Positions 1 through 8,492 of a stretch of 27,295 nt of DNA are shown here, piece by piece. Source of the DNA: Gemmatimonadota bacterium (lineage in GTDB: Bacteria > Latescibacterota > UBA2968 > UBA8231); assembly GCA_038153405.1 (NCBI GenBank), contig JAYOYH010000015.1, positions 10,984 to 38,278 on the forward strand, written 5' to 3'. The position numbers and the translations under genes are program-made. Each line of letters opens with the position of its first letter. Position 1 is the first letter of the stretch. The notes under the pieces are model-generated. The model was not told where the DNA came from, did not search any database, and saw nothing but the letters and a program-made list of their open reading frames with translations.

Positions 1-3000
1 TCGTTCGAGGCGGGCGGCCATTTTACCTTGTAAGGGGATCACATACTCGCTGCGCATCCGCGAGAGGGTGGCTGGATTGTAGCGATGCAGGTAGACTAAG
101 CACTGAAAGGCTTTCTGCTTACCGCTGGAAAAGAGCCAGTAGATAGGACGTTTCTTGTAGGTCTGCAAATGGTCTTTGAAGAAACTATCGCACAGGTAGC
201 GGCGGACGGTTTCGCGGCTCGATTCGTTCTTCTTCGGAGATAGATTGTCTGCCAGGAACGTGAGATTATCCTCGAGGTGGGTCTTGTCCCAGGCCACCGA
301 GATAAACTCAACGAGCCGATTGCAGGCATCGTCGTCGAACCACTCGGTATCGGTGAGGGGGACCAGACCGTCGTCGTCGGCAGGAAAGGTGGTATAGCGA
401 CTGGGATCAAAGCCCTCGTTGCCGCTGTGGGCATAGATGAGGTCCGGCTCATCCAGGCTGTAGCGGCCCATCATACAGCCGATAGCGTAGGAGACTAACT
501 CCTGCATGGTATCTTCGCGGAAGCGGGTCCATAGCTCTTCTTCCGTGAGTTTTCCGCCGTAGCGGTAGGCGGGATTGACCGTGAGGGTGATCTGCTCGTT
601 GGGGACATCCGGGGTGAGTTCGTCCTGCAGGCCGTAAGCATCGATGAAGAGGCGGTTGTTCTCCTCTTCGAGGTGTTTCATCTCGGCGATGGTTTCGCGA
701 TTTTGGGTGATCCAGCCGGTGTAGCTGGATTCAAGAGTGGACGTGGAGTTGAGAGAGGCGGTCAGGATGGGGAGGGTTTGAAAGTTCCATGAGCGTTCGT
801 AGGCGTTCCAGTCGGCTTTTGCCGTTTGGACAAGCTCCTTAGTGATTTCGATAGTATCTGCGACATCGACAACTGGCATCCGACCAAGATCCCAGTTCGT
901 GAAACTCATAGAGGGGTTCAGTGCTGTTATCACTGAGTGGCCGACTTTAGAGTTCAGCACGCCCAAAACCGTCAAACTTCGCCCTTCATCACCCGGAAAT
1001 GCCGAACGAGCAGTGTCGTCAAAGACGAACCCCGCTTCCTTGTAACGACCGCAGAATCCAGATGAACCGAGCTTGTTCCAGGTCACGCCACTGCGAAAGA
1101 AGAACTGGGTATTCTGTGGCCGAGAACGGAGTTTTCCACCGTCATCTTTGAACGCTTTCAATCGCCTGCCGTCAGCCTCCCAGTCCACGACAATCTCATG
1201 GTTTCCATACCAACGGAGTGTCTCGCCCCCGCTATTGCACGGAAACCAGCGATGAGCTCCATCTGATGTCTGGGCAGCATTGGCATAGCCAAAGCCTATG
1301 GAGTTGTGAGCCAACTCATACCAACTACGTTGAAAGATGGTGTTATCACCCGTTGAGAGGCCCGCACGCGGTTTTGCGTAATTGGCGAGAGGAAGGCCTG
1401 ATCTGAACACGGCTCTCGCGTTCTCGCTAAACCAGTAAAGAATGGGGCAGCCTTCTATGGCAACGAAGGCTTTTCTTAAATCGACTGCGAATCGGCCTGA
1501 GACACCAGCAATCTGCTCGATCCGCTTCTCTTCTGAATCGCCGCTCACGCGCCGATCACATGAGGTCATCCAATTCTCAATTCGCGTGCGTCGAGCAGAG
1601 AAGACCGCAGCCTGAACCACTTCTCCCGAGATCTCCGGGAATGCCCCAGACCCGAGGTGCAGCAAGGCCACAAGGTCGTTGATTTCGCAAAACCTATAGC
1701 GGTGCTCGGTGAAGTCCTTGAGGAACATCCAATTGTGAAGCGTGATCATTGAAAAACGACCGCGTTCTCGCGATAAAGTTCTTCCTTGCTCCATAAAGGC
1801 ACTAAATAGATCGGCTATCCCAGTGCTGTAATATTCGGCAAGATACCCCAAGAGGTCGGCGTTGTAGAACTTGCGCCCCATATACGGGGGATTCGCGACC
1901 ACCGCGTCATATTGCGATGCCAGAATCTCAGCCTGTTGCACCAACAATCCCAAGTGTTCGAGTGCTTCCGATACGAAGAGGTCTTGGCTGGTCGCGTCGC
2001 CCAGCTTCTTCAACGCCGACAGTTTCTCTGCCAGCCGATCCGGCACCTGGATCAACGACCCAAATGTTGCCGCATGCTCAAACAGCTGCTTTAGCTCCGT
2101 GAGGTCCTCCGGCTTCAGCCCGTAGTCCGAAAGCTCCACTCCCTGCGCCAGTTCTTGCGCATCAAACCCCGCGCTATCGACCAACGCCATCACATGGAGC
2201 TTCACCCCCCGCTCAAACAGCCGCCGGTCGTCCGCCCGCCCTTTCATCATCAGCGCAAAGCCCGTCAGTTGCGCTGCCCGCTCATCGATGTCGAGACCGA
2301 AGAGGTTCTTCTCCAAGATTAGCTGTGCCACATCTCGTTGACGGTAACCCCGTTCCAGGTAGATGGCCTTGAACAACTCATAGGCCTCGACCAAGATGTG
2401 CCCCGAACCACAAGCCGGGTCGATGAGGGTTAACTCCTCGGGGTTGAGTTGACTTGGAGTGATCGCTGCGAGTTGTGCTTTGACCTCGTCGGTTTGCTCG
2501 GCGGGCTCGATGTAGTACTCCATCTGCCCTTTGAGCGGCGACTGAGGATAGGTCGCCAGCCACTGCGCCCCCAGCGAGTTCTGGACCATGTATTTTACGA
2601 TCCAGTTGGGTGTAAAGAGCTGGGTGGCCGCTGGGATGTCTTCCGATTTGACCACTTTGCCAATGACCTGGTCCTTCTTCTCTGAGATGTAGAACTGATA
2701 CAGCCAACCGATGATCTCAATATCTTGCCATGCACTCTCGTCGATCTCTTCTACTAATTGGCGGATCAGCGAATCGGTATGCAGCAGGTTGGCTGGCAGC
2801 AGTAATTCGGTTTCTCCTCCAATTCGATCAAACAGGAAGGGCATGGCTTGGTGGAGTGCATTGCACTGCGCTTTGAGGAGCAGCCTATAGAGCTCTTCGT
2901 CTTGCGTGCCGTCGAGTTTGAGTTCCACGGCCCGTTCGCGGTCGAGACCCGGCAATTCGACATCGGCCGCATGGTCGAGGATCTCGGGGTGGCTCTGGTT

Positions 3001-3330
3001 ATCGGAGTGGCTCAAGACGCGGTAGCCGTGGTCGAAGTAGCCGTGCAACTCCATATAGCGGATGGCCACAAATCGGTTGAACCAGGTATAGGCGATGGCT
3101 TCCATCGTGGCTGCGAAGCCGTGGGCTTGGACCCGATCTATCAGTTTTTTACGCGGATCGGCGTAGGCTTTGGGAAAGGCCTGTCCCCCTACAATCAATA
3201 CATCGCCCTGCACCTCGGCAGGCGCATTGCCTTTGGCCGTGATGCCCAGCCGGGCAGCCTGTGCGCTTACGGCGGCGATGAAGGCTTTGCGTGCTTCGGG
3301 TGCATACGCTTTTAGTTGGGCGGTGTTCAT
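1..3330 (-). CDS. pglX: BREX type 1 adenine-specific DNA methyltransferase PglX (BrxX), 3'-truncated by the window edge
   Basis: Not in the ORF track because there is no stop inside the window. I translated it by hand from ATG at 3330 (MNTAQLKAYAPEARKAFI) through 1110 codons with no stop. It contains AYTWFNRFVAIRYME, DIPAATQLFTPNWIVKYMVQNSLG, SAM-binding motif I DPACGSG (2401-2421), catalytic NPPY (1882-1893) and the PglX C-terminal signature HLQTYKKRPIYWLFSSGKQKAFQCLVYLHRY. It starts 10 nt after the brxC stop. Confidence 0.96.
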   Translation of the reverse strand, partial: MNTAQLKAYAPEARKAFIAAVSAQAARLGITAKGNAPAEVQGDVLIVGGQAFPKAYADPRKKLIDRVQAHGFAATMEAIAYTWFNRFVAIRYMELHGYFDHGYRVLSHSDNQSHPEILDHAADVELPGLDRERAVELKLDGTQDEELYRLLLKAQCNALHQAMPFLFDRIGGETELLLPANLLHTDSLIRQLVEEIDESAWQDIEIIGWLYQFYISEKKDQVIGKVVKSEDIPAATQLFTPNWIVKYMVQNSLGAQWLATYPQSPLKGQMEYYIEPAEQTDEVKAQLAAITPSQLNPEELTLIDPACGSGHILVEAYELFKAIYLERGYRQRDVAQLILEKNLFGLDIDERAAQLTGFALMMKGRADDRRLFERGVKLHVMALVDSAGFDAQELAQGVELSDYGLKPEDLTELKQLFEHAATFGSLIQVPDRLAEKLSALKKLGDATSQDLFVSEALEHLGLLVQQAEILASQYDAVVANPPYMGRKFYNADLLGYLAEYYSTGIADLFSAFMEQGRTLSRERGRFSMITLHNWMFLKDFTEHRYRFCEINDLVALLHLGSGAFPEISGEVVQAAVFSARRTRIENWMTSCDRRVSGDSEEKRIEQIAGVSGRFAVDLRKAFVAIEGCPILYWFSENARAVFRSGLPLANYAKPRAGLSTGDNTIFQRSWYELAHNSIGFGYANAAQTSDGAHRWFPCNSGGETLRWYGNHEIVVDWEADGRRLKAFKDDGGKLRSRPQNTQFFFRSGVTWNKLGSSGFCGRYKEAGFVFDDTARSAFPGDEGRSLTVLGVLNSKVGHSVITALNPSMSFTNWDLGRMPVVDVADTIEITKELVQTAKADWNAYERSWNFQTLPILTASLNSTSTLESSYTGWITQNRETIAEMKHLEEENNRLFIDAYGLQDELTPDVPNEQITLTVNPAYRYGGKLTEEELWTRFREDTMQELVSYAIGCMMGRYSLDEPDLIYAHSGNEGFDPSRYTTFPADDDGLVPLTDTEWFDDDACNRLVEFISVAWDKTHLEDNLTFLADNLSPKKNESSRETVRRYLCDSFFKDHLQTYKKRPIYWLFSSGKQKAFQCLVYLHRYNPATLSRMRSEYVIPLQGKMAARLER

Positions 3331-3340
3331 AGGATTGGTC

Positions 3341-6300
3341 TCATTTTAGTTGCACGCGTTCGTCGTCTTTGATGGCGGCCTCAAGTTCAGTGCGGAGCTT
3401 TGCCAGGAATGCCTCTACATCTTCTGGGGTCTCGATGAAACCATTTGTCCAGAGGCTTTTGGCCTCTACGATTCGTCGCTTTTTTACTTTCGTCCGCTTT
3501 ATGGGGTCAGGGTTGGGGGGGATTGTTGTCTTCTCTATGGCGAGTAGTGCGCGGTCAAACGCGCCTTCGGCTGTTTGTCGAGCCTGGGCGATGTGTGCAA
3601 TGCTGTTAGACTGGGCAGCCGTCTCAAGCAACTTCTCCAGCTCATTTGTGGCTTCTCTGCGTAGTGTTTCACTGGCATCTCGTGTATTTAGCTCTGCCTT
3701 AACGCTGTCGAGAAAACCTTGAATCACAACGATTGAGGGGCTGCGCGCCTCCGACACCAGTTCGTTATTTGCGCTCTGTGCCGTATGGATGAGATCCGCT
3801 ACTTCGTGCAGCACATTATAAGGGCGAGAAGTCGCGAGAATCTCCACCATACGGGCAAGGGCTGGGCCGGCCGCCTCATGGGTTTCGAGTTGCAGGCCGT
3901 TGGGGGCTAACTCATCTACTGCCGTCCGCAATGACTCCCAAGTGTGCTTCTGGTTGACGTAGAAGCCCTTGAGCTCCTGGATGTCTTCAGCCAGATCCAG
4001 CAATTCGTTTTTGTGCTCGACAAAGCGCTTTAGGAAGCGCAAGGAATCGCTCTCCTCGACGAATTTCCGCAAGCACTCGATACATTCTTCAATCTCGCTC
4101 AATCCAGGATACTTGCCGGTCCTTGCCAGGGGAGCATAGCCGGTGACGTCACTGTTCCATGCCGCGAGTTTGTCTTTTACGAAGCTAAACAACGCTTCCT
4201 CGCTATTGGGTCCCTGCTGGGCAAAGAGCTCTTGGCCGAGTGCTTGCGCCTTCTTGATCAGATCGCCGCCGGCTGACTCGCGCTGGGTGATGACGACCTT
4301 GCGTTGCTTGCTGCTGGCGGTCAGATGGTCGTAGGCCTGGTCCAGTGGCAAAGGAGCTGCGTTGACCAACAAGTTGATCTCGCGGAGCACTGCGAGGCGG
4401 GCTACCAGCAGCACGACCTCGAGCTCGGGCCAACCATAGGGACGACCGCCGTAGCGCTTGTCTATCATATCATAGAGCACGATCTGTTTGCTGGTCTGCG
4501 CGCAGAGGCGGATATAATCTCTCAGGTCGTTGAGTGCCTTGCTATTGGCCTCAGGGGTATCCAGTCCCAGACTCACCTGCTCGACGTCGTCGGCTCGTAA
4601 GGTGCTCTGAATATCGTGCTTGGGGTTGGGATGGAGATATTCGATAAAATCCATCTTGGGGTAGGCGTTCTGGATGAGGTATTCCAGCGCGTCATCTACG
4701 GCGTCTTTGGGATCGGTGCGGGTAATATCGAGCTTCTGGCCGCTGGCAAAGTAGCTGGCGCTTGAGAGCATCGTTTTGAGGCTCGTAACGATGCGGCTGC
4801 GGCGAGCCCGATTCTCTTCGCTGCGGTCGCGGAGGATGCGTTTGGTGGTGTCAGGCAGAGCGGCCGTGTGTTTGGTCTTTACGTAGGACTCGGTCTGTAG
4901 GTAGGTGCGCAGCTCGCGCCCCAGGTTGGCCTCGTCGGGCAGGCGAATGAGCACGCGGGCGGTTTCGAGGTTTGTATGCATACAGCAGTTCTCGTTGCTC
5001 GAAAATTCGCTGTAGCGGTCGCCCAGTGGACTGACGAAGGCGACCTCGAGGCTGCCCTCGAGTATATGGCCGACGGCCTGGTCATCACAGAGGCGGCTAA
5101 AGCTAAAGTCTCGACCGGTTGCGCTGTAGGTGTGCTTGCGGACATCGCCCATGATGTCTTCGAAGAGGAGCTTGCCCAGTTCGCGCTCTTCGGCTCCCGA
5201 AGGTATGGATATATTTTTTATTTCGCGGCCAATATCACGCTCTTCATTCGTGAGGAAAAAATACAGGTCGCCATTACGAGCGATAAGTGTTTCTGCTTCC
5301 AGGCGAGCGAGGGAGGTTTCTATGGTCTTGCGCAGGGCGAGTTTGTCGATGTCGATCTCGTCGATGCACAGGGTTACCAAATTATCGACGCTACCGGGCA
5401 ATTCATCGATATAGCGGATGAGGAAGAGGACCTTTAGCACGGTGGCATCAAAGGTCTGTAGGGCATGGTTGTCGCCCGCTTGATCGATGGTGCGCTTAAC
5501 GCCGGTATCGAGAAAGCCTTCCACCGCTGGATAGAATCGATAGAAGGGGATCAGGACACCGATTTCTTCGCTGCCGAGCTGCTTGGCGGCCCCTTGGAAC
5601 GCATCCAGCGTAGAGCGTTCGCCCTGGGATAGATGTAAGCCGGTAGCACCCGCTTTGCGGATGGATTCGAAGACTTTCTGCACCAGCGTAAACTGGTAGG
5701 CGGCGAAGGGATAACAGGCGGCGAAATCCTCGGCGTCGGCAAAGGTCTTGAACGACATGCCCGCGTTTAGAAAGGAGAGCTGGTTTTTAAGAATATCGTG
5801 CTTGCCCTCGTATGCGGCCGCCAGTGCCGGAATCGTCTCTGTCTTCTTTTCGAGCAGACGCTTCTTAATGACCTCGTCGACGTTATTGCTGGAAAGCGAT
5901 AAGCGCGTTTTAAATCGTCCTTGGATTTTTGAGAAGTCCTGTTGCTTCGTGCTATTGAGATCGCCGAGGACGGCATCGAGGTCTTCCTGAGAGGTGACGA
6001 CGACCCATGCACGGCCTTTGCAGACGGTGCCGAGCTGCTCGGTGATGGTCTGTAGGTTGAGCATGAGATGCGTGTCGTTGCCGATAAACTGGCCTACCTC
6101 GTCCACCAAAAACATAATGCGCTGGTCTTTGCCCTTTGTTTCGAGATATCGCTTCACCCACTTGGCGAAGTTCTCCACGGTTAGGCTGAAATGTTCGGCA
6201 CCGCCATCGACCCATTTTTCGACGGATTCTTCGCTCTGCCCAAGGGCTTCCTTTAGCGCAACGATGACTTCATCCCGATGAAATTCCCAGGCATCGCGCT

Positions 6301-6901
6301 GCTGTAGCCACGGCTCTTTCGCTTCGCGCTCGAAAGCGGCCTGGAAGACGCTGAGCTGTCCCTTCTCGTCGAGGTGGCGTTCCATGTGGGCGATATGCGG
6401 ATGGTCGCCGCTGTATCCCTGTTTTTCGTTCAGGACTTTGAGAAAAACCTGCAACAAGGCGTCGCGCCCCGAACGATGATCGGCTTTGCTATCAATATTG
6501 AAAAGGATTGTGTCGGTGGGGGAGGAGACGACTTTCTTCAGATCTGCAAAGAGCATGGCGTCGGCAAACTTATCGGTGAAGAAATCCACTGCTTGCCGCT
6601 GCTCCCCCTCGAGGGCATGTTCGTTATTTTCGATCAGATAGGAGAGCACTTTAATCAGGTGCGACTTACCGGAGCCGAAGAAGCCAGAGATCCAGATTCC
6701 ATTTTTGTCGGCCGCATCGGCTTCGGATTCTATCGTGGACAGTAGGACCGCCACCAGATCGTTGATATGCTTCGTCAGTTCGCGGGTGACCACGAACTCG
6801 TCGAGCTCTTGCCACACGGACGATGCATCGAGCTGATCGGCTTTGACGACGCCGTTGATGGAGCGATGGATATTGCGCTGGAAAAGGTCTTGGATCTTCA
6901 T
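3341..6901 (-). CDS. brxC: BREX P-loop ATPase BrxC
   Basis: 1186 aa. Walker A GIWISGFFGSGKSH, Walker B MFLVDEVGQFI, plus VVVTSQE, FSKIQGRF, YPF and PYGW motifs typical of BrxC. Lies between brxB and pglX, with an ATGA overlap with brxB. Confidence 0.96.
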   Translation of the reverse strand: MKIQDLFQRNIHRSINGVVKADQLDASSVWQELDEFVVTRELTKHINDLVAVLLSTIESEADAADKNGIWISGFFGSGKSHLIKVLSYLIENNEHALEGEQRQAVDFFTDKFADAMLFADLKKVVSSPTDTILFNIDSKADHRSGRDALLQVFLKVLNEKQGYSGDHPHIAHMERHLDEKGQLSVFQAAFEREAKEPWLQQRDAWEFHRDEVIVALKEALGQSEESVEKWVDGGAEHFSLTVENFAKWVKRYLETKGKDQRIMFLVDEVGQFIGNDTHLMLNLQTITEQLGTVCKGRAWVVVTSQEDLDAVLGDLNSTKQQDFSKIQGRFKTRLSLSSNNVDEVIKKRLLEKKTETIPALAAAYEGKHDILKNQLSFLNAGMSFKTFADAEDFAACYPFAAYQFTLVQKVFESIRKAGATGLHLSQGERSTLDAFQGAAKQLGSEEIGVLIPFYRFYPAVEGFLDTGVKRTIDQAGDNHALQTFDATVLKVLFLIRYIDELPGSVDNLVTLCIDEIDIDKLALRKTIETSLARLEAETLIARNGDLYFFLTNEERDIGREIKNISIPSGAEERELGKLLFEDIMGDVRKHTYSATGRDFSFSRLCDDQAVGHILEGSLEVAFVSPLGDRYSEFSSNENCCMHTNLETARVLIRLPDEANLGRELRTYLQTESYVKTKHTAALPDTTKRILRDRSEENRARRSRIVTSLKTMLSSASYFASGQKLDITRTDPKDAVDDALEYLIQNAYPKMDFIEYLHPNPKHDIQSTLRADDVEQVSLGLDTPEANSKALNDLRDYIRLCAQTSKQIVLYDMIDKRYGGRPYGWPELEVVLLVARLAVLREINLLVNAAPLPLDQAYDHLTASSKQRKVVITQRESAGGDLIKKAQALGQELFAQQGPNSEEALFSFVKDKLAAWNSDVTGYAPLARTGKYPGLSEIEECIECLRKFVEESDSLRFLKRFVEHKNELLDLAEDIQELKGFYVNQKHTWESLRTAVDELAPNGLQLETHEAAGPALARMVEILATSRPYNVLHEVADLIHTAQSANNELVSEARSPSIVVIQGFLDSVKAELNTRDASETLRREATNELEKLLETAAQSNSIAHIAQARQTAEGAFDRALLAIEKTTIPPNPDPIKRTKVKKRRIVEAKSLWTNGFIETPEDVEAFLAKLRTELEAAIKDDERVQLK

Positions 6902-7509
6902 GCTTCCGTCTCTCTGGGAACTAAGATGAAGGCGCGATAGTAGGGCTTGGTGCCGGGTGTAGATGTGTTTGAAGTAATCTGGTCAAACAGGCGAAGCGCG
7001 GTGCCATCAAAGCTACCTGGATAGAATAGTATTAACGGCGTTGTGCCGATGACGGTATGTAGGCAATTCAGCAGGTTGTGGGCTCGGAGCATCGGCCAAA
7101 CGCTGCCGACGCCAGAAAGAAGAAACAGGTCGTAATCAGCCGGGGCATATTTCTCGGCGATAAAGTCGCGGAGTTTCTCGGCCGCGAGTGGCCCCTTTAG
7201 TGCCTGCAATACGGCCGAATCGCCCTTCGTCTCCTGCATTTTGAGCGCCCGGTCGAGCAGGCCGCGCTGTTCGAGGTAATCGAGGATCACTTCAAGTAGG
7301 TTCAGGTGCAGAACGCGTAGCTCGCTATGATGACTCGCCAAGCGGTCCACTATTAAGCGGATATGCGCTCGGACCTGTAGCTCTTCTTGGGCTGGGTAGT
7401 CGAAGATATAACAGGCGATTTCGTTGCCAATGCCTTCGCTGGTGAGAAAGGCCTCGCTGGTGATGCGCGGTATGATTTGATTTAGACGATCAATAAGGGC
7501 TGTGCTCAC
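6898..7509 (-). CDS. brxB: BREX protein BrxB (DUF1788)
   Basis: 203 aa. GIGNEIACYIFDYP, GVGSVWPMLRAH, LFYPGSFDG and YYRAF motifs. GTG start overlaps the brxA stop (GTGA). Confidence 0.93.
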   Translation of the reverse strand: MSTALIDRLNQIIPRITSEAFLTSEGIGNEIACYIFDYPAQEELQVRAHIRLIVDRLASHHSELRVLHLNLLEVILDYLEQRGLLDRALKMQETKGDSAVLQALKGPLAAEKLRDFIAEKYAPADYDLFLLSGVGSVWPMLRAHNLLNCLHTVIGTTPLILFYPGSFDGTALRLFDQITSNTSTPGTKPYYRAFILVPRETEA

Positions 7510-8096
7510 TCGGTGACCTCCATACAGCGCAGGACATACGTTTCTCCACGGCTGCGCAAGCAGGCAGCGAGTTGAGTGTCGACAAATACATTCTGCAACA
7601 AAAGGCTCCGCGTGTCTTTCAGATAGCCGGCTTCAGCCAATATCGAAAACACGGCTGATCGCAACTTGGCCACAGTGGATTCGCTCCAATTGGGCATATC
7701 TGGATCGCGACCACGGCAGCCGGCGATAAACTCATTCCACATGCGATATTCGAGTTTCTTGGCGAAGAGCGCTCGCTGTTCGCGCATCGTTATATCCATA
7801 AAGTCGCCGAGGAGTCGGCTGTTCTTGATCGCGCCGGCCAGGACGGCTTGCGTGGCTTGCTCCTTGCCGCCATCGCGAATGATCTGCCACAGCTCTTCCC
7901 CTAAAGGCTCCAGTCGCGCACGAAGCAGTCGGGAAATCCGCTTGATGGATTCCACGCTATCCATTTGTAACACATTCTGCTCTAAAAGCGCTTCTTTCCA
8001 GGCTGTGCGGTTCGTCCCCTTTAAGAGCAAGTCGGCGACGATGCGGCTTTCGCGAAGCCGGAGTGAGGAACTGGTAATGGTGGCGGTATAGATCAA
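7506..8096 (-). CDS. brxA: BREX protein BrxA (DUF1819)
   Basis: 196 aa. YTATITSSSLRLRESR, NVLQ, SRLLGDFM and WSESTVAKLR...LAEAGYL motifs. First gene of the operon. The start is TTG with no clear Shine-Dalgarno, and an in-frame stop at 8136-8138 limits any upstream extension. Confidence 0.92.
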   Translation of the reverse strand: MIYTATITSSSLRLRESRIVADLLLKGTNRTAWKEALLEQNVLQMDSVESIKRISRLLRARLEPLGEELWQIIRDGGKEQATQAVLAGAIKNSRLLGDFMDITMREQRALFAKKLEYRMWNEFIAGCRGRDPDMPNWSESTVAKLRSAVFSILAEAGYLKDTRSLLLQNVFVDTQLAACLRSRGETYVLRCMEVTE

Positions 8097-8165
8097 ACGG
8101 TTACTATGACTTAGGTGAAGGTTTAGAAGCAGACCCTATATACTTCGGGGTTCCCAGCGGCTGAG

Positions 8166-8184
8166 TTGGCAGTAAAGTTGCCAA
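8166..8184. promoter_or_regulatory. Palindromic element TTGGCA-N7-TGCCAA; fits sigma54 -24/-12 spacing (GG-N10-GC) on both strands, or is an operator
   Basis: Sequence ttggcagtaaagttgccaa lies in the divergent intergenic region between brxA and the 8493 gene. A related inverted pair gttgccaaa/tttggcaac is at 8177-8185/8222-8230. Confidence 0.4.
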
Positions 8185-8417
8185 ATAGGATATTGTTACG
8201 CAAGGGTGTATTAGCATCTGTTTTGGCAACATTGCCTTTAGGATTGGCTCTTCGAACTGACGAGATCACTGGGATATCGGAAACATCGCAAAATTTAAAA
8301 AAAGGAGGCTAAAATCACATAAACCATAAAATATATGTGTTTCAGGGCACCCCCTCAATTCTTTAAAGACTCGATAATTTTCTCTGAAATGAAAATAAAA
8401 CTTTACATCTCATGAAT

Positions 8418-8447
8418 TTGCATTGAGGTCTTTTATTTGATTATTAT
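8418..8447 (+). promoter_or_regulatory. Candidate sigma70-type promoter for the 8493 gene
   Basis: TTGCAT (8418-8423), 18-nt spacer, TATTAT (8442-8447) in an AT-rich tract about 45 nt upstream of the ATG. Confidence 0.35.
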
Positions 8448-8492
8448 CATATTATAGTCATAAATGCAATCTCATTAAAAGAGAGATATAAT

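Noticed and set aside
1..3330. pglX frameshifted or phase-variable, since it is absent from the ORF track
   Set aside because: Manual reading shows a continuous open frame. It is missing only because the stop codon lies outside the window.
96..8091. Many short plus-strand and alternate-frame ORFs over the BREX genes (similar ones overlie 16130-20713 and the dehydrogenase)
   Set aside because: They are shadow ORFs of GC-rich coding sequence with no recognisable motifs.
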